Positions 12,154-22,769 of a stretch of DNA of 64,000 bases are shown piece after piece. The number at the start of each line of letters is the position of its first letter. Position 1 is the first letter of the stretch. The stretch is from Podarcis filfolensis (taxonomy: Eukaryota). Position numbers and translations under genes: made by a program. The notes beneath the pieces are model-generated. The model did not search any database. It was not told where the DNA came from and saw only the letters and a program-made list of their open reading frames with translations. The stretch is from the NCBI GenBank assembly GCA_964270895.1, contig OZ185442.1. One strand, written 5' to 3'.

Positions 12154-12432
12154 AACAAAACAATTTTTTTAAGAGTCGTCAACAGGCTCATCACAGCTAT
12201 CTGCCAATCACCCATTCCCACCACCCTTCTGAGTAATACCCCTCCCCACCTTCTCACTATATAGAAGGCTCTGGCAACTTCTGTTTCAGTGTATCTGAAG
12301 AAGTGTGCATGCACACGAAAGCTCATACCAAGAACTAACTTAGTTGGTCTTTAAGGTGCTACTGGAAGGAAAAAATTTTTTTTTGTTTTGTTTTGACTAT
12401 GGCAGACCAACACGGCTACCTATCTGTAACTG
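12154..12432 (+). mobile_element. Penelope-like element solo pLTR / short non-autonomous insertion
   Basis: Contains ctgaagaagtgtgcatgcacacgaaagctcatac...ttggtctttaaggtgctactgg...ggcagaccaacacggctacc, typical of reptile Penelope pLTRs; flanked by a 12-bp direct repeat tatattaactaa (12142-12153, 12433-12444). Confidence 0.85.
12291..12328 (+). ncRNA. Minimal type I hammerhead ribozyme (Penelope-associated)
   Basis: Stem I GTAT(12291-94)/ATAC(12325-28); core CTGAAGA (12295-301) plus an extra A; stem II GTGTGC/GCACAC (12303-16); GAAA (12317-20); palindromic AGCT minimal helix III; UH = TC, predicted cleavage after 12324. Confidence 0.75.
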
Positions 12433-12566
12433 TATATTAACTAAGCAATAACACATGGCCAGCCTTACCAGACTTGTCTTTCAGATTGTAAGTTTCCTGA
12501 GTGCTGGGACCTTCCTCTTTTTGTAAACTCCATTAGATGCCCTACATTGAAGGTATGGTATAAATA

Positions 12567-12686
12567 GTTGTTGCTCTTGTTTAGTCATTTAGTCGTGTCC
12601 GACTCTTCGTGACCCCATGGACCAGAGCACGTCAGGCACTCTTGTCTTCGACTGCCTCCCGCAGTTTGGTCAAACTCATGCTGGTA
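12567..12686 (-). mobile_element. Bov-B (RTE) LINE 3'-end fragment
   Basis: Reverse complement of 57480-57590 in this window (atgagtttgaccaaactgcgggaggcagt...gagtcggacacgactaaa, CAA tail). Confidence 0.9.
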
Positions 12687-13429
12687 TTTTTAGTGTTGTA
12701 CACTGCCCTGGCATCTTCTGATAAAGGGAGGTATGTAAACTGAATAAAATAAAATAATAACAATAATGAAAGTCCTAAAAAGATGTTTAATTGACACACT
12801 GCTTTGTAAGTAGCATTTTGTGGCGCTACACTGGTTGCAAGAAATGTTGCATGTAAAACACATTTCATGTAACATCTCATCATATTTTCCGAATGGTAAG
12901 AAACTCATAGAAAAGAATAAAGTTAAAACATATAGATTTTTATTTTCATTTGTTGAGGGGGTGAAGTATGTGTTTTTGTGATCAACATAGCACACTTAAC
13001 CAATGTTAGCTGTATCTTCTTAAGCTCATTTGCTTTTGTTTGTAACGTAAAAAAAATTCTCCTTTTCCCAAATGAAAGAGCAATCAACAAAGGCTTATTA
13101 ACCTATTGTTGATTTTCTTGGTAAAGTCTTTAATTGAAATTGGAGAGAAATTCTGAGTCATCTTGTTTTACTCTGGTGTAAAATGCCATTTTGAAAAACT
13201 GCAGCAAGATAATGAAACTTCAGGAAATTATGTTTAAAATAATATAGAATGTGTTAACTATATATGAGAATGAAAAATGGGTCTGTAGAGTGACATTTTC
13301 ATAGGATTACTCTGTAGATTTGTTCCATTATTAAATGCATATGAGGCAAGAGATCTCAGAATGAAAGCTCTGCCACTGGTACCACCCAGCATAACCTAAG
13401 GGCATGTGGGTTCACCCTCCTCCTCCCTG

Positions 13430-14020
13430 ATCATTTTATTTTATTTATTTATATTTATGTATTGCTTTTATATCCCACGTTTTCTCCACGGAGCACAAGG
13501 TGGCAATCATTGTCCTTCTTCCCCTCCCTGTATTATGCTCACAACAACCCTTGTGAGGTACCGTATTTTTTGCACCATAACACTCACTTTTTTCCTCCTA
13601 GAAAGAAAGTCTGTGCGTGTTATGGAGCGAATGCCTGCGGGTGGCGGGGTGGTGGTGGATCTGCTGCAGTCGTGAGCAGAGGATCCATGGTTCCCCTTCC
13701 TTCCCTCCTCCGTGGTTACAAAGCATGGATCCACATGGATCCTCAGGATTTTTGCATTGGGCTACTCCAAACTCACTGTCAGATCACATGTCTGTGGCCA
13801 CAGCATGAACCACAAAAATCATATATCCACTATTTCGTTTAGAATATATTTTTTCTTGTTTTCCTCCTCTAAAAACTACGTGCGTGTTATGGTCTGGTGC
13901 GTGTTATAGAGCGAAAAATACGGTAGGTTGTGCTGAGAGACAATTGCTGCCCAAAGGTCATACCCAGTGAACTTCATGACTGAGTAGGGATTTAACCCTT
14001 TATCTTCCAGATCCTAATCC
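13430..14020 (-). mobile_element. MIR/Ther1-like SINE interrupted by a DNA transposon
   Basis: ctcacaacaacccttgtgaggta|ggttgtgctgagaga...cccagtgaacttcatgactgag is continuous once 13561-13923 and one TA are removed. Confidence 0.7.
13561..13923 (+). mobile_element. Tc1/mariner-superfamily (Tc2/pogo-like) non-autonomous element, short form
   Basis: TIRs ccgtattttt.../...aaaaatacgg with TA TSD on both sides; colinear with 28778-29777 apart from an internal deletion. Confidence 0.9.
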
Positions 14021-14517
14021 AGGAGGTTGGAGCAACTTGATTCCCATCCAGCCTTTATCACTCCCCACCCCCAACTCCGTTTCTGCAAGCGCTAAGAGCT
14101 TTTTAGAGAAGCCATGTTGAATGTTAAGTTGCCGTTACTCAAATGCAAAACTAATAACTGCTGTTTAAATTGAAGCTGGGTTTTGTTCTATTTAACATCC
14201 AAAGGTCAGGCCTGTCTTGCAAACAAAAGGAGGTTTAATCTCAATGTTGGAGGGAGGGAGGGATGGGTTTTATATGAAACATGGGTTCTGAAAGAGGTAT
14301 TTAATCCGTAAGGTCACAAACACCTTATCTCACAGCCTGTTCCATCTCTCAGAGGAAGGGAAAGCCAACATCCCACTTGCCACTTGAGATCTCCAGAAGA
14401 TAATAGAATCACAGAATTGTAGTGTTGGAATGGGACCTAGTGGGTCATTTTTACTCAGAGCCCCACCCTGGCCTAAAACTGCAGAAGGAAAGCCTTGCAG
14501 TGTGTCTGTGTCTGTAG

Positions 14518-14521
<4 letters not shown>

Positions 14522-14557
<36 letters not shown>
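14522..14557. repeat. (CT)n microsatellite
   Basis: Direct reading. Confidence 0.95.
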
Positions 14558-14563
<6 letters not shown>

Positions 14564-14630
14564 ATATAGTGGGGGCAGCCTCTGCCCCACACAAGAAATT
14601 GGTCCCTTCCATCCCCTCAAGTCCCCTCAA

Positions 14631-14882
14631 GGTCCCTGCTCCTGCCAACCTAGCAGTTTGAAAGCATGTCAAGTGCAAGTAGATAAATAGGTACTGCTCC
14701 GGCGGGAAGGTAAACGGCATTTCCGTGCGCTGCTCTGGTTCGCCAGAAGTGGCTTAGTCATGCTGGCCACATGACCCGGAAGCTGTACACCAACTCCCTT
14801 GGCCAATAAAGTGAGATGAGCGCCACAACCCCAGAGTCGGCCATGACTGGACCTAATGGTCAGGGGTCCCTTTACCTTTACC
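14631..14882 (+). mobile_element. Sauria SINE, 5'-truncated
   Basis: ggtccctgctcctgccaacctagcag...caggggtccctttacctttacc; same family as 5381-5720. Confidence 0.92.
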
Positions 14883-15019
14883 TATTCCCCTCAAGGAGCT
14901 GCTACTTTGCATGCAGAGGTCCCCAGATTCAATCCCCAGCCAGTTAAGATTGGGCCATGAATTCTGCCTCAGTAGAACTACTGCTGGGTATGATGAGAGA
15001 TGGACAGATATATGGTGGC

Positions 15020-15215
15020 CGTGCTCTGCCCCCACCATTGGAGGTAGCAATGCTTCTGAACACCAGGGGATGCAAACCGCAGGAAGAGACTGTTGCTGTT
15101 GTGCTCAAATTCTGCTCGTGGGTTTCCCAAAGGCAGCTGGATGGCCACTGTGAATACAGGATGCTGGACTAGATGGGTCACTGGCCTGCTCCAGGAGGCT
15201 CTTCTTAGGTTCTTA
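15020..15215 (+). mobile_element. CR1 LINE 3' UTR
   Basis: caggatgctggactagatggg...ccaggaggctcttcttaggttctta terminal motif. Confidence 0.7.
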
Positions 15216-15659
15216 AGATGGGATCCACCACCAAAAAGGCCCTATCTATGGGATGCTCTTCCTCAGGATTTTGCATTTTGCACCCTACCTTGACTTCTTT
15301 TGGTGAACCCCAAAAGACTTCGCCAATCTATTTTTGGATAAGACCATGGTTTGGCCACTTTTGGTATCTCCTTGCATTGCAGGAGGTTAGATGACCCTTG
15401 GGGATCCTTCCAACATTACAATTCTATGTTATCTCTATGTGATTTTGTCTTGGGAAGAAGGGTCCGGCTGCAGTGATTTCTCATTTACACTTTGCCTCTT
15501 TTAGATTTATGGAGTTGATTTATGTACTGATTTTATTACTCACTTAATGACGTTTGTTTTACTGTGTTGAGGTGTTTGAGTGTAAGCCACTTTGGGAGGA
15601 TCTATGCTTCTGAAAGGCTGCATAGAAATCATTCAAATAAATAAATAAAATGTAAAAAG

Positions 15660-16190
15660 CAAATAAATGTTCCTCACATCCAAAACAATATTTTAGAGTC
15701 AGAAAAGGGCAACCAAAATGATCAAGGGATGGTATGACTCTGCTATGGGAAAAGGCTGCAGCATTTGGGATTTCTTCATTTAGAAAAAACATGAATATGA
15801 GGCAACATGGCAGAAGTTTGTTAAATTACGCACCGCTTGCAGAAGGTGGATAAAGTCCCCCCCCCCCATAATATAAGAACATCCGATGAAGCTGAATATT
15901 GGAGGTTTCAAGACATATAAAAAGAGTCCTTTTTCATGCTGCACAAGTGCACATAGTTAAACTGTGGAACTCACTCCCACAGGAGGCAATGATGGCCACC
16001 AACCTAGATGGCTTCAAAACTGGATTGGACAAATGCATTGAGGAGAGTTGCTGTGAACGTCGTCAAGAGGGGAATGTGCTGCTATTGTGCTTGAATCCTG
16101 CTTGCGGGCATCTGGTTGGCCGCTGTCAGGACAGGATGCAGGACTAGATGGGCCATTGGTCTGATCCAGCAGGCTCTTCTTATGTCCTTA
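15660..16190 (+). mobile_element. CR1 LINE 3' fragment
   Basis: gtcagaaaagggcaaccaaaatgatcaaggg...ctgtggaactcactcccacaggaggc...ccagcaggctcttcttatg. Confidence 0.8.
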
Positions 16191-16544
16191 TGTCATTGCT
16201 CTTGAAGGAATTAGTCTGAGAGATATCTTTGAAGGCTTCTGAAGATTTGGCTCTGGACTTCCCTCTTTGAAGGCAAGTGTAAAGACATGAAAACACAAGA
16301 ACAAGAAAAAGGGATTTATATCTAGATGCTAGGATAGAGATGATAAGGAAAACAGGAAGACAGGAAGACACAATGAGAGATAAAGGAGGTGCTGTGGGAT
16401 TGGTGGAAGTCAATGTTTGTTTTTCTTTTTAGTGTTTATATTATTAACTTGTAAGATATGGAATTTTTTTTTTTGAATGTTGGTTTTTGTGTTTTGTGTA
16501 TTGTTATTTTTTGATATTTTTCATGTTGTTATTGTGTGGAAAAT

Positions 16545-16566
16545 TAATAATAAAATTAATAATAAA

Positions 16567-16600
<34 letters not shown>
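16545..16600. repeat. AAT-rich microsatellite
   Basis: Direct reading: (aataataaaatt)n then (aat)n, adjoining a CR1 tail. Confidence 0.9.
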
Positions 16601-16709
16601 GACAAGAACGTAAAAAGGGCCTACTGGATCAGGCCCCTGTAGTCCAGCATCCTGTTCTCACAATGGCCAACCAAGATGCCTGTGGGAAACCAGCAAGCAG
16701 AATTCGCAC

Positions 16710-17140
16710 TCATCTCCACCGTGATGCTTTTCCTCCCGGAAATCTTCACCCGCCCAAATGCCGGTTTCATCTCCTTTCCATGCGATGGGTAATCTGAGAG
16801 TCTTCACATTTCGGGGACACCCCCTCTAAGCAGCCAAAAGAAACAACGAGACAGACGCTCCGAGGGAGAATGTGACACCTGGATATTACAGCCTATAATG
16901 GAATCAGCCAAGTGTTAAATGTAGCTTTTAAATAGGTTTTGTGTTCTCCATTAACTTCCCTGATGTTGATTAGTTCTGACAGGGGGGGGGGGAATGGGCT
17001 GGTCAGCAACTTTTCCTCTGCCAAGTTTCGGCGGCTCACTGCCACCGTGGAGGTGTGTGCCGGATTGATCAGGTCCCACATGCTTGGGAATCAATTGACA
17101 TGGAAAGGCGTGTATTTTGCAGTGGATGCTTAGAAGGAGA
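16710..17140. promoter_or_regulatory. Candidate conserved non-coding block
   Basis: Unique sequence with about 15 CpGs and homeobox-type cores. Confidence 0.35.
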
Positions 17141-17284
17141 AATGCTTGTTGGTGTGTTCTTGGCCAGTGTCCTGGAATGCAACCCCATGAGTCTGAAGGA
17201 AAGGACTTTTTTGTGATGTGGTACAGAGGGGACCCACCTCTTATGCTTTCTCTCCCCTCACCCTGAGTCTTCCAGCATGATTAT

Positions 17285-18204
17285 TGTTACATGTCACCCA
17301 ATCTCTGAGGCGTGAGAGATTCCAGGGGTTCCAGCACTTAAAGTAAAGGTAAAGGGACCCCTGACCATTAGGTCCAGCCGTGGCCGACTCTGGGGTTGCA
17401 GCGCTCATTTCGCTTTACTGGCTGAGGGAGCCGGCGTACAGCTTCCGGGTCATGTGGCCAGCATGACTAAGCCGCTTCTGGCAAACCAGAGCAGCGCACG
17501 GAAACGCCGTTTACCTTCCCGCCAGAGCGGTACCTATTTATCTACTTATACTTTGACATGCTTTCAAACTGATAGGTTGGCAGGAGCAGGGACTGATCAT
17601 CGGGAGCTCACCCCGTCGCGGGGATTTGAACCGCCGACCTTCTGATCAGCAAGCCCTAGGCTCTGTGGTTTAACCCACAGCACCACCCGAGTTCTATTTC
17701 CTTGGAATGAAGGCCAGCGAAGACAGTGGTGTCTTTAGGGTATATGGTTTTATTTACACGTCTATACCACATGAGAATAAAGTGGAGGTGCTCACAGCAT
17801 TAATACCCCGGCAGATGTTGCTTCTCCATTAGTCACAACTTTGGATGCAGTACAATCAAGTATGTCTTTGTGCTTCCAGCCTGTTTCCATCTTAGCTCAC
17901 ACCCTCAACTCTGGCTATTCTTCTATCTACCTGCCAGGTGAGAGGGGGTGGAGGAAAGGCCCATCCATTAGCCTATTCCAACACTCTAACCCCACCAGCA
18001 TACTAGCTCTTTCATTAAATAAAGCAAACAAATAAGGAAACACACAGCTTTCTGCCTCCAAAAGAGGGGAGTGGTCGAGGGGGGTCAGGTAGGGCAGCCA
18101 GGGGTCAAGCCACTGCTGCCCTCCAGCATCACTTCCACTTAGAGGCCCGCTACACAGTGAAGCAGAGGGTGGGTAAAATTGAGGCAGGTCTTGGTCGTAT
18201 GACA
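17285..18204 (-). mobile_element. Solo LTR (Gypsy-like), interrupted by a Sauria SINE
   Basis: Starts tgttaca and ends gtatgaca; homologous to 50849-51421 (ggaatgaagg..ag..gtggtgtctttag, ttgcttctccattagtcaca, ggaaaggccca); about 570 bp once the SINE is removed; AATAAA on the minus strand at 17749-17754. Confidence 0.7.
17343..17689 (-). mobile_element. Sauria SINE
   Basis: Near full-length match to 5381-5720. Confidence 0.95.
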
Positions 18205-18739
18205 AAGGTAAGATCTAGTGGGAAGCTGTTTGCCAATCAATATAAGACATTCCCTGTCTGAAAGCCTGAATGACTTACTCAGAGGCATTTTCTGAAGTTA
18301 CGTAATGTACACTCCAAGACTGAAGAAGTGCCTGATGAATAAATACCCTGAGCCCATCTGTTCTTCATTTTGAAAAAGCCCTTCTTCCCCTTCTTCTTCT
18401 TTCACATTCTGAGAATATCATTTGCGTAATGAAAGGAAGTTGTTATTTCCACTGTGTTCCCAACATCTCACACTTAGCACATCCCACGTCCAACAATATG
18501 ATTGAGAGATGCTCAGAACCAAAGATGTGACACTAACTCACTTTTTTCCCCAAGCAAGACTTGATTTTTTAAATACATATTTTTGCATTTCTGCCAACCA
18601 GGATTATGTCATTTCCAACATTCATCTTAAACATAACCATACAGTCCCCATCATTTTTTAGTTACAGGAGAAATGACAGCCCAAAGCAGGGACATCTGTC
18701 TATCTTTTGCCTAGGGGGTCACCTGCACTTACGATGATG

Positions 18740-19110
18740 GCTGTAATCACAGAACCATGGCCATCTAGTCCAATCCCCTGCAATGCAGGAATCACAGCTA
18801 AAGAATCCCTGGTGGGTGGCAATTCAACTCCTGCTTAAAAACTTTCAGTGAAGGAGAGTCCACCACCTTCACAGGCAGTCCATTCAACTGTCAAATGTCT
18901 CTTACCATCAGAAAGTCATTCCTCATGTTTAGTTAGAATTCTTGTCATTTGAATCCATTTGTTCAGGTGCTGCCCTCTGGAAAAGCAGAAAATAAGCTTG
19001 CAAATGCATCCTCTCTCATTCTCTTATCCAGGTTAAACATGCCCAACTGCCTCAACTGTTCCTCATCAGACTTGATTTCCAGAACCTTGATCCTCTTTGG
19101 TCACCTTCCT
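18740..19110 (-). mobile_element. CR1 3' fragment / CR1-tailed element
   Basis: ccatctagtccaatcccctgcaatgcaggaatc...cttaccatcagaaagtcattcctc...aggttaaacatgccca. Confidence 0.75.
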
Positions 19111-19329
19111 CTGCACAATGATGTAGAAATTGCGATATTTGATTGACTATTAGATCTAGATTTTGATTTTGTTCTAACTGTCCTAATATTAATTGCATTT
19201 AACCTTTTAGATAGAATGCATTAGGCTTGTTCTGCATTGTGTGACTCTCATGTCTCCCTCCTGTGCTGCATTCCATCTCTCTTAGCTGCCCCTAAAAGTG
19301 GCACAAATGGTCAACCAGAATATTTTGCT

Positions 19330-19720
19330 ATGTCTTTTTTGAGATTGTGTGTGTGTTAATCCAACGTCTCTCCTTGAAGCTTTTTGACATCTTGAACAGG
19401 GAAGTAAGATAGGGGATTGGAATGTCAATAGCCCCCACCAAAGGCTTGATTGCCTAGGTAACTGGGGTTAAAGTGTGCTAGTTTAGACCTCAGGAAGTTG
19501 GTACTAGTGTGGAGTCATGTATCATGGCATCCCATGACCTGTAAGTTTTCTTGATGTATATTGAAGGATGTTTTGAAGTTTTATGACTCTTTGTGTGCTG
19601 TGTTTGGATCTGCTATTTGAGCTTTGTTCTGATGTGCCTCTTGGCAGTCTTTTCTAACTAACAGTTCCACTGAACAACTGGTTAGCAAGGCTGTCCGATT
19701 TCAATAGCTTTAATAAACTG
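19330..19720 (-). mobile_element. Possible degenerate Penelope-like coding remnant
   Basis: Weak, frameshifted minus-strand similarity (IKKTYRSWDAMIHDSTL; PCSRCQK) to the PLE RT-to-GIY-YIG linker, from memory only. Confidence 0.3.
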
Positions 19721-21562
19721 GATTCCTACTGGATCTGTTGGGCTTGCTGTTATTCTCTTGAATCCATGTCTTTATTTGATAGATGTTCCCTCATCTGGCT
19801 AAGAAACAAGTAGGGTAGAAACAAATTCTTACCAAAACATGCTCCAGCTTGTCCATAGCTTTCTTAAACTGTGGTGCCCAGAACTGGACACAGGACTCCA
19901 GGAGAAATCTGATCAAGGCAGAATAAAGTGACTTTGTTTGATTTGGACATAGCTTCCCTTTATCTGAACATTAGTTCCTTTGATCAGGACATGGCAACAA
20001 TTAGAAACCAGTAATGCACATCTTTTTGGCCACAGTACAGTACTAGATCAAATGCCCACCAGCTCACTCAAAGTATAAGGCTTTCTCTCTTTCATGCTAT
20101 GTCTGTCACAATAACATCTTGCAACCCCCTGTAAACAAGAACATTCCACCAGCACACTAAAGGACAAAACTGCTACCTCTGCATCTCTTGTGAAAATTGC
20201 CACTAGAGGATGCTTCTTCCAAAGTTTCTTCCAAACTGATCTGTATGTATTTTCCTTAGGCGTGAAAAGGGAAAAAAGCCAGCAATGATGCCTAGAGGAA
20301 TATTCCTTGTTACTCATTGCAATAAAAATGCACCACCACCCACCCACCATGTTTATTTCACTTTTTCCTACACACTGTTCAATTTGGAGGTGTTGTTTTC
20401 ATTACTATTCTAATTAACATAGTAGAAGAGGGAAAATACACTCCCAAATACAAATCGCACAGATGTTTATTCTTCCGAGCTACCTCCTTTCAAAGATTTG
20501 TGGCTCCATAAAAGAAGCTACCTGGAAAAATATGTGTTGCCTGCATGTTGATGATGAAAATTCTTTGCAGCCTTGCTTGGCTAAAGTGATGGCGACACAG
20601 CACCTTCTCTTGGAATAGGTAGAGTCAGAAATGCTGGGTGCAAACTTTTGAGTTACATTTCTCCAGATACTTTGTATTCTTACACCATAAGGAGGTAAAT
20701 ATAATTAAAAACTAAACAAAACGCCTTACCATTGTAAGAAAAGAGGCCACCAGAGTTGGTGTTATCTGGTCATCATGTCAAGGGCAAAAGCCTGTAAGTG
20801 CCCATTGCTTCCTGTGCAACCACAGGTCAGAGAGCCATCATGATTGCTGCTGGTGGGGAAGGAAGGAAATTGCACTTCCTCAGCAGCAAATTGTTGAGAT
20901 TTGAGTACTTGGAAAATATATTTTGCTGCAACAATAGCACTTCTTTGAGCTACATAATGGAGAAACGAAGAACAGCCATGCATTTATCATTCAGTGCACA
21001 CATGTGCAGCGCCCCGCTGCCACCCCACATAATTTGGAAAGGCCCTAAAGGAAATGGTTTGTCTTCTCCCAAGGAAGATATCAGAGGCAAAAGCTGAGCT
21101 CAGCCCACTTTTGACTTCTGCGGTATTTCTTCTCCCAAGTGGTCCTGCATGATGTAACTGTCCTTTCTTCAGAAACATTAAATTTTGGCACTCCAGCTTC
21201 CATTTTATTAGGCTAATAAAATAATGGACCTATAAAATTTCTGGACCTTAAAGGTTACTTAGTCAAGTGTGTGAGACAAAAGGAGGGAGAAAGCAGGAGT
21301 CCTGAAAAGGTCTGGCTGGAGCTTCTGACCCCTTTCAGAGTCCAGCAAACACCGTCCAGCAGGAGGAAAGTATTTTTGTCCATTAAAAACAAAAAGGAGT
21401 AGAACATAAGACCCCATTCTGAGGAGTAGGAATATATTTTCTATGAAATAAAAAGCTACAGAATATGAATACATGAAAATGTTATAGTGCATTTAAAGCA
21501 AAGGAATGGTTAATAGAATCATAGAATTGTAGAGTTGGAAAGGACCCCAAGGGTCATCTATT

Positions 21563-21790
21563 GCATGTTATTGTTGGCATCCATCTGTCTTAGGAGACAG
21601 TGGAAGGAGTACACCTTTGGGGGTGAAGTCGAACCATTAGAGAGTTACAGCGCTTGCTGTGGCTGTAGAGACATGTTTTGTTGCAGCTGGGGCAGATGAA
21701 GGCATCCAGTTGTGTTGCTGCAGATGCACCACAATGTTTGTTTTCTCTGTGGTCCTCCTAGTGCCCAGCAATGCATGCTGGACTTGATAA
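21563..21790 (-). mobile_element. RTE-clade LINE 3' end (not Bov-B)
   Basis: Minus-strand translation AFICPSCNKTCLYSHSKRC resembles the RTE C-terminal C..C.R.C.SRIGL.SH..RC motif; then a short 3' UTR and a CAA-like tail. Confidence 0.75.
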
Positions 21791-21864
21791 ATGGATGGCA
21801 AGATCCTTGTTTATTTCAATTTGTTATAACTTTTATGTATGTCCTTTGCAAAGGAAAATATATA

Positions 21865-22124
21865 CAGTGGTACCTCTGGTTGCGAACGGGATCCATTCCG
21901 GAGGCCCGTTCACAACATGAATAGAACGCAACCTGCAGCGGTGCGTCTGCACATGCGTGGGTCGCGATTTGCCGCTTCTGCGCATGCACGTGATGTCATT
22001 TTGTGCATCTGTGCATGTGCGAGCGGCGAAACCCGGAAGTAACCTTTTCCGGTACTTCCGGGTCACCGCGGGACGCAACCTGAAAAAACGTTTCATGAAG
22101 CAAATGTAACATGAGGTATGACTG
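21865..22124. mobile_element. Tigger/pogo-like MITE
   Basis: cagtggtacctc...gaggtatgactg termini with TA on both sides. Confidence 0.88.
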
Positions 22125-22538
22125 TATATAGTGACTTCCATTTTGTTTTGTTTTGTTTTTAACAGGGTTTTTATTGATATATACCAAAAAAACAAATGCA
22201 GAAGTTGAATTGAACATGCCATATGGTATACTCTCCTCCCTCCATACAACATGTCAGTGATGCAGGTTAATGAATATTAATATCTTTCTGCTTCCCTTTA
22301 TAGTATTGCCATGTAAACAGGACCAGAGCATCCTCTGAACAATCCAGTGTGAATCCATATAATATCCTGAGAATAGGATCTAGTATAATTGCCTCCAGAA
22401 GACTTCCCAGGGGAGAACATGGTCCTCAGGCTGCAAAAAGCTCCCCACCTCAACTGCAGAGATTTCACTGGGATTTGGGGTCTCTGGGCCTTCCTGCGAT
22501 GTCCTTGCTTCTAAATTCTTGTAAAGAAAAAAGAGTTA

Positions 22539-22769
22539 CAGTGGTACCTCGGGTTACATATGCTTCAGGTTACATACGCTGCAGGTTACAGACTCCACTA
22601 ACCCAGAAATAGTACCTCAGGTTAAGAACTTTGCTTCAAGATGAGAACAGAAATTGTGCTCTGGCAGCGCGACAGCAGCAGGAGGCCCCATTAGCTAAAG
22701 TGGTGCTTCAGGTTAAGAACAGTTTCAGGTTAAGAACAGACCCCTGGAACTTAACCCGAGGTACCATTG
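22539..22769. mobile_element. Tigger/pogo-like MITE (about 230-bp family)
   Basis: cagtggtacctcgggtta...taacccgaggtaccattg with TA TSD; inverted relative to 28277-28502 and 42929-43159. Confidence 0.92.
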
